In this document: in pieces, positions 47,186 through 64,000 of the stretch | How positions within the stretch are numbered: the first letter of the stretch is position 1 | How the letters are laid out: each line of letters starts with the position of its first letter | Source: Anaeramoeba ignava BMAN | Lineage: Eukaryota; Protista; Anaeramoebae | Direction: 5' to 3' | Assembly: GCA_028826165.1 (NCBI GenBank) | Contig: JAPDFW010000109.1 | Coordinates: 62,001 to 126,000, forward strand | DNA: 64,000 nt | Notes under the pieces: generated by a model | What the model was told of the DNA's origin: nothing | What the model saw: the letters and a program-made list of their open reading frames with translations, nothing else | Databases searched by the model: none | Translations under genes and position numbers: made by a program

Positions 47186-50100
47186 TCATTTTTTTGTTCT
47201 TGGTAAATTTTCAAGATTAAAATTCTCTAAATAAGAATAAGAAGAACGAAATATTGTCCACCAATATTCAGAAGTAGAAGTTAATAATTGTTTATCTAAG
47301 AAAATTTCAATATATTTAATATTTGAAGGAAATTGAGGAGGATTTGCAATAATAACAATATAAATCTAAATTCAAAGAAAAAAATTTTAATTGGAAAAAT
47401 TTTAATTGAAAAATTTTTAATTGAAAAAAATAATTGGAAATTTTTTTTATATAAACCATAATAGGTAAAGTTATATCTGCTCCAACTTCTTTAATTCCTT
47501 GAAACAATAATATATTCATAACTAACTGTGCACATCGCGTTAAAATATCCACTTTTAACAAAGGAGAACTAAACTTATTAATCTTTGTAAGTTCTATAAA
47601 AAAAATGCAAAATCCCATTTGTAATCAAAATTATTAATTGATATATAAATTTTTTTTAATATAAATAAACAATCTTATTTCAGTAAAAAATACCCAGAAT
47701 AGGAAGACACCAAAGATCTTGTTCCCAAAATTTTTGTGGTATTTGTAGAAAATCAGCTGTAATGTATCGTCTAATTTCAATGATTTTCATTGAAAATTGT
47801 GAATCTGTTGTTTCTAAAGTTTTTTCCACAAATTTCGGATAAAAAAAACTATAATTGAATTTGAAATTTTGATATTTGTTTTTGATTGAAGAATTTGTTA
47901 TTTCATTTTATATGGAATAAATAAAAAAAATTGAGCAAATCTGTGTTGATGATGAAATTTACTTTATATAAATTGAAGAAAGTAAATAATTTTGAACAAT
48001 TCTTGTTAAATCTTTCAATTCATTCTTAAAAAACGAACAAAGAGAATCAGTGGAAATTAAATGGTGGATTGTATCAAAGAAATTTTTAGCAATGATTTTA
48101 AGTTCTTCAAGACTTGTGCATTCTTCTATTTTTTTCTCCATGTTTTTGAGTGTTGATGAACTATTTGAAATAAATGAATGAGCAACAAGTGATCTTATAA
48201 AATCATGATATGATCGTTTCTTCGCGTTTGCTTTATCAATAAGTGTTTGATAAAGTTTCGAAATGGATTCTTGTTCGTGTCTTTTTTTCATGATTCCTTT
48301 GAGTTTGAATTTTGAAGTTTTATCCTAAAACATGAAATTTTAATTTCATAAATGAATTTTAATTTTATAAATGAATTTTAATTTTAATTTTAATTTTAAT
48401 TTTAATTTTAATTTTAATTTTAATTTTAATTTTAATTTTAATTTTAATTTTAATTTTAATTTGAATTTTAATTTTAATTTTAATTATTTTATTTTTTACT
48501 TCGAGACTATGCCGAATAATAATTTCAAAATTGCTGTTTTGAATTTCTTCGGGGACTTGCTTAAGTTTATTTAAAGTACAATCCAAAAGTGAAGATAATG
48601 ATAAAGATCCAATTAATTGTGCTTTCTAAAAAGAGAAAGAAATTTTAAATTTTAAATTAAATTTGTTTTTTTTTATGAATTACTCGAATTTGAATTGATA
48701 AAACTTGTGTTAAATTATCGCCATCTTCTTCTCGAATATCCTCAATAGAACAGAAACATAATTTAAGTAATTCTTGAATTTCATTTAATAAACTGGGATC
48801 GATCTTTGTTTTTTCATTTTCAACTAAAATTTCAAAAATTATAATTTTCAAATTTCATGTTAAATTAAATTTTCTTTTAATTTGTTTTACCATTTGAAAT
48901 TTCTTTTGAATTATCAATATTTTTTGTAACTCCAGATACTTTATTTAATATTTGATTCTGAGATTCAAATGTATCAGTAGTTATTCTTTTTTTAGGAGAA
49001 ATATCAAGAGAAACATATTTCTCTTTTTCTTTTTCAGTAACAACTATAATTGGTTTCCCAATTTTAATGAGAAATTTAATCAATGGATTGTCTACTAATT
49101 TTGAGTTTTGTTGTTTAACTTGAATTGCATATTCATGAAGTATTTTATGCAACTCAAAAAGATCTCGAAGACGAACTAATTTTTTGTGAATTGCAAATTG
49201 CGAACTATTTTGCATTTCTCCATTTTTATGAGAACCCTTTAGAATCATAAAAGAAACAAAAAATATTTTGTTTTGTTTTTTTGTAAAAAACATGACACTT
49301 TTTAAAAAATAAAAAATTGGATTAAAAAAATTACAATCGATTCAATTGATTTAGAATAAGATTCAGGAACATTTGTTACTTCTTCTAAATATGAAGATAT
49401 TCCTGATTCAATTGAACTTTGTTTTCTTTGAGAAAGAGTTTTTGCAATCTATTTTATAAAAAAAATTTTTTTTTTAATTTTGAAAATTTTGAAAATTTTT
49501 GATTTAAAATAATACATTAGTTAAAGTTGATCTTTGAATTGGCATTATTGGAAAATCATGAATAATTCCAAATTTTTCTAAATATTTCCAAACAAAAAAA
49601 AAATTTAAATAAATTTAATTTGAAATGATTTTTCTTTCTCTTTTTTACAAACTAAATTTAATATAATTTTCAATTTAATTTAATTTAATTTAATTTTTTA
49701 AAATTATAAAAAGACAAACCCTGGAGAAATTATAACAGGATTTAAAAATCTAAAGAATAAAAAGTCACCAATAATATCATCATGATCATTATTATGATTT
49801 TTTTCACATAAACTTGAAAAAAAAAATAAGAATAATTTTTTTTAAAATTAATAAAACATTTCATGTTAAAAAAAAAAGAAAAATAAAAATACTCTTTAAT
49901 TAATTTTGTAATCCAAGAAATTCCAAGAGGCATTAAAGGTATTTTATCTCTAAGTCCTTGGACAAATGATTTACAAATTAAATTGTGTTGAATTTCAGCT
50001 AAGAAAAAAAAAAGGGAAATAAAAAAAGAATAAGAAAAATATTTTCATTTTCAAAATGAATTTTTTTTTACGATTTTTTGCAAACTATTTAATTAAAAAG

Positions 50101-52111
50101 AAAAATTAAAATCAAAATAAATAAATAAATAATTAAATAATTAATTAATTAAATACTGATTTAATTTCGACACTTTGAAGAATTCCCATAATTGGTTCAT
50201 GTAAACTAGAAATGAGATATGAATCACAATCAACATTTTTTGAATAAGCAGAAAGTAATCTAGCAAATAATTTGTTTCCAGAAATAACATTTCTACTTAA
50301 ATCTTTTGTACATTCTTTGAATCTAATTTTAAAGCATTTCTTGTAAATAAATTTATAATTTTCATTAAAATTTTATGAAAATAAATTTATAAATATTAAT
50401 TAAAATTTTATAATTTTCATTAAAATTGTTGTAAATAAATTTATAAATGTTAATTAAAATTTTATAAATTTCATGTTAATTAAAATTTTATAAATTTCAA
50501 TTAAAATTGTTGTAAATAAATTTATAAATTTCAATTAAAATTGTTGTAAATAAATTTATAAATTTAATGTTAATTAAAATAGTTGTAAATAAATTTATAA
50601 ATGTTAATTAAAATTGTTGTAAATAAATTTTATAAATTTCATGTTAATTAAAATTGTTGTAAATAAATTTATAAATTTCATGTTAATTAAAATTGTTGTA
50701 AATAAATTTATAAATTTTAATTAAAATTGTTGTAAATAAATTTTATAAATTTCATGTTAATTAAAATTTTATGAAAATTTTAAATTTATAAATATTAATT
50801 AAAATTTTATGAAATAAATTTATAAAATGGTAAAAATTTTTATAAATTTCAATTAAAATTGTTGTAAATAAATTTATAAATTTTAATTAAAATTGTTAAA
50901 TAAATAAATTTATAAAATTTTAATTAAAATTGTTGTAAATAAAATAAATTTATAAAAATTTTAATTTATAAATTTTTTAAAAAAAAATAAATTTATAAAT
51001 TTTAATTAAAATAGTTGTAAATAAAATTTATAAATTTATGTGTTAATTAAAAATTGTTGTAAATAAATTTATAAATTTAATTAAAATTGTTGTAAATAAA
51101 TTTATAAATTTTGTTAATTAAAATAAAAATAAATTTATAAAAATGTTAATTAAAATTTGTTGTTTAATTAAAATAAATTTATAAATTTCATGTTTAATTA
51201 AAATATTTTTTAAATAAATTTATAAATTTCATGTTAATTAAAATTGTTGTAAATAAATTTATAAATATTAATTAAAATTTTTGTAAATAAATTTATAAAT
51301 TTCATGTTAATTAAAATTGTTGTAAATAAATTTATAAATGTTAATTAAAATTGTTGTAAATAAATTTATAAATTTAATGTTAATTAAAATAGTTGTAAAT
51401 AAATTTATAAATGTTAATTAAAATTTTTGTAAATAAATTTATAAATGTTAATTAAAATTGTTCAAATAAATTTATAAATGTTAATTAAAATTTTCTAGAT
51501 TCCATGTTAGTTAAAATTTTATAAATTCCATATTGAAGATTATATAAAATGCTGCTTTATACTTTTATAAGATTAAGAAATAACTTTTCTTCATATTCAT
51601 TAACAAGATGTGAAAAAACAGATAAAATAGCAGAATGAGATAAAGTTTCAATAGCATCTTTTTTAAGTTTTTTAGCATTAAGAATAGCATTGGCGAAAAT
51701 TGATAAATTTTGACGAATTAAACGAAACATTTTTTGATATTGTCTTGTTTGAACAAATGTTAAAGGCGATTCAAGAAATTCAAATGTTGTAACTTCCCAT
51801 GATTTTATTATACTGATTTGTGATCGAATCATATCAGGTGAAAATGTATCTAATAATTGCATCATATTGGTTTTTCTTACTAATTCACTTGCTAATTGTT
51901 CAACTAATTTTGCTTCTTGTTTTTGAACTTGATCCAAAAGTTTTTGTTCTTTAAATTTTTATTTTGGAAAATTAATATAATTTTTATGTTAAATTTTTTT
52001 TTCTCTTTTTTTTTTGCTTTTTTATTTTTGCTTTTTACCAGTTTCAAATTTAGTTTGCTTTGTTTTTAATTTTTTTTGAAGTTTTTGTAAAGTAGAAACT
52101 GTAGAATCCAT
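47186..52111 (-). CDS. GAPVD1: GAPVD1/RME-6-like RasGAP + VPS9 protein, 15 exons (52111-52039, 51948-51563, 50339-50157, 50084-50072, 49998-49893, 49822-49721, 49577-49516, 49448-49335, 49236-48891, 48823-48684, 48625-48500, 48324-47963, 47848-47694, 47593-47457, 47365-47186)
   Basis: RasGAP signature GDFLFFRFLNPVIISPEKFGII; VPS9 motifs KFSSPLLKVDIL, GADITLPIMIYIVIIANPP, SEYWWTIF; one junction is off by one base. Confidence 0.82.
50341..51490 (-). repeat. Intronic ~35-40 bp minisatellite (sense ATGAAATTTATAAATTTATTTACAACAATTTTAATTAAC)
   Basis: Fills intron 50340-51562. Confidence 0.9.
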
Positions 52112-52268
52112 TTGAAAAAAAAAGGAAAAAATGAAAAAAAAGATTTTTAATTTTTTATTTTATTTTTTTTATTTATTACTAATTTTTATAAAAAATTATT
52201 TTTCATTTTTTTTTTCATTTTTTTCTTTCATTTTTTTTCTTTCATTTTTTTTCTTTCTTTTAAATTTA
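52112..52268. promoter_or_regulatory. 157-bp divergent promoter region (GAPVD1 / DYRK1) with TTTCATTT motifs facing each gene
   Basis: Head-to-head ATGs; AAATGAAA at ~52129-52136 and four TTCATTT at ~52201-52247. Confidence 0.55.
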
Positions 52269-57721
<5,453 letters not shown>

Positions 57722-57898
57722 AGAATTCAAAAACAATTAAAGAATTTAAAAACAATTAAAGAATTTAAAAATAATTAAAGAATTTAAAAACAATTAAAGA
57801 ATTCAAAAATAATTAATAAATCATTTTGAAATGTACTTTTTTTTTATTTCTAAAAATTTTAATTAAAAATATCTTAATCTTCTTATTTTTCTTATTTT

Positions 57899-60800
57899 TT
57901 AATCTTGTTTTGTTATTGAAATTAAATGTTGAAATGGATAATTAAATGAAAAAATTGAATGTAATTTTCTACTTGATTTTCTACTTGATTTTCTACTTTT
58001 TGGATTTGAAAGAATATGAAATTTAAATTGATTTAGATCATAAACTCCATAATTAATAAACGAAGCTTCAACATTAAAAATAAATTCAGTTTTTGAAGGA
58101 ATATTTTGAATAAAATGATCAAATCCTTTCCAAAAAAAATTAGGTGAAAAAATTTGCTTTTTTTCCAAATTCAATGATTTAATTGAAGGAGAAACAATTT
58201 CAATTTCAATATTCAAAGGAATTGATAAAACATTTTTCAATTTAATTTTAACTGGAATTTGAGAAATTGGATTTTTATCAAAATCATGAATTATTGATTT
58301 TTGACTTGAAATTTCAAACTTAATTGGTAATTGTTCTTCATCACATTTTAATTTCTGTTTTCGATGTGATTTTTGGATAATATTTCTAAATAATCTTGTT
58401 TCTGGGAAAATTTGGAGATTTAGAATATTTTGTTGTCCAATAAAATCATCTTGTTTTGATTTCCAAAAAATCATTAATCCAATTTCATTTTCTTTCCATA
58501 TTCTTTGTTTTAAAGGCGGTTTTTTTCTATAAAGTTGAATGTTTTGCATTTTTTTCACTTTTTGAGTATTTGGTGATTTATCCAAAATTTTTTGAATTCG
58601 ATCTTGAATTATTTTTGTTTCCAAATTGTTTTGTTTTGTTTCATTATTAATTGGAATTTGATTCAATTTGTTTTTTGATAAAATTGTATCTTTTTGTTCA
58701 TTTTCTGTTTCTGTTTCGATTTCTGTTTCTGGTTTTAGCTTGATTTTCTGTTTCTGTTTCGAATTCTGTTTCTGTTTTAGCTTGATTTTCTGATCCGGAA
58801 ATTGTTTTTGTTTGATTTTCATTTTCATTTTCATTTTCATTTCTGTATCACTTTCATTACTAGATTCAATTTCACTTTGAATTTCATTTTGAATTTCATT
58901 TTCATTTTCAATTTTATTTTGATTTTCAATTTTATTTTGATTTTCAATTTTATTTTCATTTTGATTTTGATTTTCAATTTCATTTTCAATTTGATTTTGA
59001 TTTTGATTTTGATTTATAATTTTATTTTGATTTTGATTTACAATTTTATTTTCAATTTTATTTTGATTTTCTTTTTGATTTTCATTTGTATTCTCTTTTC
59101 TTTCTTTTCTATTTCTTCTTTTAACTTCTTCGGGTTTCTTTCCTTTTTGAATTAAAGATATTGTTGGAAATTGTGAATGGAAATCAATCTTATTTTCTTC
59201 ATTCAATAAAATATTAGAAATTATCAATTCATCATCAAATTCATTTTCTTTATCACTTTTTTTTCTTTTTTCATTTTCCTTAATTTTAAAATATAATATT
59301 GTTGATTGACTTGGTTGAAGAATTGTATTTTGATTTTGATTTTGATTTTGATTTTGATTTTCGAAATCAAATATTCTTTCAATTTCTAAATTTTTTGATA
59401 CTGAAGAAATTTGTAATAATTCAATTGCACTTTTATGATAAAAATTTTTAATTTCAACCATTAAAATAATTTTATCAGCAAAATTAGGATCAACTCTTAA
59501 ATTTGTTTTGGTAAATAAAGATGAAGTTGAATTAATTTCGGCTCCAATTTTGGAAATACGATAATTTAAATCTATATTTCTTTCACTGCTTTGATAACAA
59601 AATAAAAATGGAACAGAAAATTTTTCTGGAGTTGTTGGATTAATCCATAAAGGTACTTGAATTGATTCATTTGGTTTTAATTCATCTATTTTCAAGTTTG
59701 TTATTGAGAGATCCTGTTTTTTATCTTCATCTTTAATTCTTACAATTTGAAGATCTTCATTTTGTTGAATATTTTGAATATTTTGAATATTTTCTGAATT
59801 TTCCTTTTCTCCAAATACAAAGTAATTGTTATTAGGAATTTTAACAAATAAATTTTTCAATCCACATTTCCCAATATTTTGAATATCAATTATTGTTTTT
59901 TTGATTGAATTATCAAGTAAGAAATTTGGGAAATCTCTAATTCTAACATGTAGTAATGGCATTTCCTTTGTAATTTTCAATTTAAGTTGATTATCTGGAA
60001 GATAAATAGGATCAAATTTTTGTTTTCTTGTTTGATTTAATCTTTTTCCTTTTAAATTGAATTTGATGAACATATTTACTGAATCATTAAGAATTAATCT
60101 AATCCCGGTTATTGAAAGTGTATCAATTCTTTCTGGAATAATTCTTAAAGATATTATTTTCTTTTCTTTTGCTTGAAGAAATAAATTGATTGATTCAGTT
60201 TTAAGGAATTTTTCTTCAATCATAAAATTTTGATTTTGATTTTGATTTTGATTTTGATTTTGATTTTGATTTTGATTTTGATTTTGATTTTGATTTTGAT
60301 TTTGATTTTGATTTTGATTTTGATTTTGATTTTGATTTTGAGAAGATTTTTTCTTTTTTGATTTAGTTTTCTTTTTGGGTTCTATATCAAGAAGAGGATG
60401 ATCAGTAACTTTTTCTTCTAAATTTTGAATTTTCAATTCTCTTTTTGAAGAAACATCACCTTGATTTTCTTTTTGGTTATTTGAGGTTGTTTGTTCTTGA
60501 ATTTGAGGTTCAAATAAATTGATTTTTTGTTCTTCATTACTTTTTAAATTTTCCTTTTGATTTTGATTTTCTTTTTCTTGTTTTTGATTTTCTTCTTCTT
60601 GTTTTTGGTTTTCGAATTCTCCAACAATATGAAGATTTGTAATTTTCAAAACTGTTTTCATTGGATTTTCAATTACAAATTGAACAAAAATTGGTTCATA
60701 TATTGGACTAACTCTTGTATCTAATTTTTTGACAATTCTATGGTAATTTTTAATATGAATTCTTTGTATAATTCGATCAGTATTTGCCTTAAAAGGGATA

Positions 60801-62924
60801 ATATCAGGACAAATTGAAGATAGTTGTTGAACAAAAGTATTTTCTTGAGATTCCCAAAAGGAATCATTAAAATTAGGTTTTCCTAAAGTTAAAATATGAT
60901 CCGAAGTTAGAAGAACTTTAACACTATCCATTTCAATTTTTGGAAGACCAAAATACGGCAATTCGTTTTGATTTGTAGTTTTGGAAAAAGATTGATAAGC
61001 CAATGTAAAATCCTTTAAATAACTTGTTTGTTTTTCTGATGAAAAGGATAAATTGGGAAGAATTTTTTTAAAACATTCAATTGATTGTTCATAATCATTG
61101 ATATAAAAAGAATTCAAAGCAATCCAATAATTTGTGTTAATATCAATATTTTTCCAATTTAATTCATTAAGAGATGAAACAATCAATCCAAAGCATCGAA
61201 TTAAATTATGGCGATGCTCAGCTTCTTTAAATTTATTTCCAGCAAGCATTAAATAGAAATTAAATTTGCGAAAATATAAAGGGCTTGAAAGAAGAAAACA
61301 AAAAGCAGATTGTTCTAAACAAAGAGCAGATGTTAAATTTGAATCATTTGAACTTGCTTTAATATAAACATTTGCTGCACGCAAAGATTTCTTCTTGAAA
61401 TATCTTAAATAAGCCGCATAAATCCAATGTAATCTTGTTAAAAAATCCGATTTCAATTTTGGATTGAATATAACTTCTTTTGGATAAATCATAAAATTGA
61501 GTAACATCTCTTGATTTTAAAATCATTCCGCATAACATGATCATTTCTTGACAATATCCAAGATGTTTCCACATGTTTGAGCTTTTGAATTCTTCAGATG
61601 CGTATTTGTAATTGGAAAATGATTTATCATAATATCGAAGGAAAAAAAGATAATCAGCTAAATTTCTCATTTTAAATTCTAATGATCCTTGTGATAAATT
61701 TTGAGTATTTTGAGAATCATTTTTTTTACTTCCAAAAAAGCTTTTAAATCTAAAAAGATATAAAAACATATTTTAATTTTTAATTTTAAATTTGAATTTT
61801 GAATTTAATTTTAATTTATTTTGAATTTAATTTTAAATTTTTATTTTGAATTTAAATTTAATTTATTTTGAATTTATTTTGAATTTTATTTTGAATTTAA
61901 TTTTAAATTTTTATTTTGAATTTTGAATTTGAATTTATTTTGAATTTAAATTTAAATTAATTTTTGAATTTTGAATTTAATTTAAATTTTAATTTAGATT
62001 TTGAATTTGAATTCATACACATTTTTAAATCCTTTTTTGGAACTTGAAACAACTTCAGATTGAATAATAATTTTCTTATAAATGTGATTAACAAGAATAT
62101 TTGTCACAAATGAATTAATAAATTCGGAAATATTTTGGATGTTTTTGTTGTTAAAAAAGCACCAAAATTTTGAGGGAATGTTTTTGTTGGATTATAAGAA
62201 AGAAAATTATTAATAAATTGATCGAAATTTCTTTTTTTTCTTGTTGGTTTTTTCTTAGAATTAATTTTTAAAAAGTAACAAGAATTAGGACCAAAAGTAT
62301 GTTTCATTAACTGGAATATTTGTTTTGCTCTTTTTGTTTCATTCAAATTTAATAAATAATTTTGAATTTTATTTTGAATTTAATTTGAATTTATTTTGAA
62401 TTTATTTTGAATTTAATTTTAAATTTAATTTTGAATTTAAAATTAAATTTATTTTTAATTTATTTTTAATTTATTTTGAATTTAATTTTAATTTATTTTG
62501 AATTTATTTTGAATTGAATTTATTTTGAATTCATTTTGAATTTAAATATTTTGAATTTGAATTTATTTTGAATTTATTTTGAATTTATTTTAAATTTAAA
62601 TTTATTTTGAATTAAATCTAAATTTTAAATTGAATTTATTGCAAATGTACTTTGCATCAGGAGTTGAAGAATCATGAACCAAAACATAATATCTAAGAAT
62701 ATCTAAATCCATTATATTTTCTATCATAAATCTAGGTGGATTTGAAGGGTCAAATTGTTTAGTTAAAATTCTAACAGCTTCAACTGCTGTTGAAACTTCT
62801 GAACTAACAACAGAAATACAAGCAATTGGTTGATCAATAGATCTTTGTTCAGATCCAATTAATAATTTAAAGAATTCTCTTCTGTAAATATCAAACCATG
62901 GTGTTAAATTTTGGTTTTGAGTAT
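57899..62924 (-). CDS. TRAPPC8: TRAPPC8/Trs85-like TRAPPIII subunit, 5' end beyond window; exons 62924-62651, 62329-62019, 61749-57899 (indels ~62143, ~61443)
   Basis: TPWFDIYRREF, DQPIACISVVSS, YYVLVHD, MKHTFGPNSCYFLKINS, MRNLADYLFFL, SALCLEQSAFCF, RKFNFYLMLAGNKF, FVIENPM. Confidence 0.85.
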
Positions 62925-62929
62925 CTTTT

Positions 62930-64000
62930 CAAAATTATAATTAAAATTAAAATTAAAATTAAAATTTAAATTAAAATTAAAATTAAAATTAAAATTAAAA
63001 TTAAAATTAAAATTAAAATTCATTTATAAAATTAAAATTAAAATTAAAATTAAAATTTAAAATTAATTTTAAAATTAAATTTAAAAATTTAATTTTAAAA
63101 TTAAAATTAAAATTAAAATTAAAATTAAAATTAAATTTAAAATTAAAATTAAAAATTAAAATTAAAATTTTAAAATTAAAATTAAAATTAAAATTATTAA
63201 AAATTAAAATTTAAAATTAAAAATTAAAGTTAAAATTAAAATTAAAATTAAAATTAAAATTCATTTAAAATTAAAATTTTAAAATTGAATTTAATTTAAA
63301 ATTAAAATTTAAATTGAAAATTAAAATTTATTAAAATTAAAATTTAAATTTAAAATTAAAATTAAAATTAAAATTAAAATTAAATTAAAATTAAAATTAA
63401 ATTAAATTTAATTTTAAAATTTTAAAATTAAATTTATAATTTATTTTAAAATTTTAAAATTAAAAATTTATAAAATTTATTTTAAAATTAAATTTATTTT
63501 TAAATTTATTTTTAAAATTTATTTTTAAAATTAATTTTAAAAAAATTAATTTTAAAATTTATTTTTAAAATTAATATTAAATTTTAAAATTAAATTTATA
63601 ATTAAAATTAAAATTAAAATTAAAATTAAAATTAAATTAAAATTAAAATTATAATAAAATTATAATTAAAATTAAAATTAAAATTAAATATTTTAAAATA
63701 AAAATCAAAAATAAAATTTGAAATTTAAAAATTAAAATTAAAATTAAAATTAAAATTAAAATTAAAATTGAAAATTAAAAAAAATTAAAATTAAAATTAT
63801 AATTAAAATTAAAATTAAAATTAAAATTAAAATTAAAATTAAAAATTCATTTATATTAAAATTAAAATTAAAATTAAAATTAAATTCAAAATTTAAAATT
63901 AAAATTAAAATTAAAATTAAAATTAAATTAAAATTAAAATTAAAATTAAAATTAAAATTATAATTAAAATTAAAATTAAAATTAAAATTAAAATTAAAAT
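62930..64000. repeat. Intronic (AAAATT)n of TRAPPC8, continues off window
   Basis: Direct repeat upstream of the AAG acceptor at 62926-62925. Confidence 0.9.

Noticed and set aside
62930-64000. Telomeric repeat at the window end
   Set aside because: G-free degenerate AAAATT upstream of a TRAPPC8 acceptor; the same unit fills other introns

Overview
Eukaryotic nuclear DNA from an extremely AT-rich, gene-dense protist genome read in the standard code. Ankyrin-BTB and BTB-TLDc expansions, a divergent Tim17-family gene and Inr-like motifs suggest an anaerobic metamonad such as Anaeramoeba; this is inference only. I reconstructed about 17 genes by hand-splicing: a partial unknown gene, VPS26, an intronless cluster (ANK-BTB, two BTB-TLDc, a frameshifted ANK-BTB), a TTBK/CK1-group kinase, an atypical Rho, spatacsin, a DH+FYVE-like protein, a Tim17/22/23 protein, a repeat-rich RA-RA-PH-CH-CH protein, a type I DnaJ, a kelch protein, a GAPVD1-like gene, a DYRK1-like gene and a partial TRAPPC8. 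Nearly all short low-complexity ORFs in the track are artefacts of intronic or intergenic repeats. The main unexplained signals are: (i) two intergenic arrays, in opposite orientation and with different spacers, sharing the core AAAAAGTGGAATAAA; (ii) long introns each filled with its own tandem repeat, apparently copied from local sequence, including a duplicated branch-point/3' splice module; (iii) A-rich acceptors (17 of 43 are AAG); (iv) a TTTCATTT Inr-like motif before most ATGs, with very short intergenic gaps; (v) many single-base frameshifts, mostly in homopolymers, probably assembly errors. No tRNA, rRNA, CRISPR array, intein or transposase was recognised.
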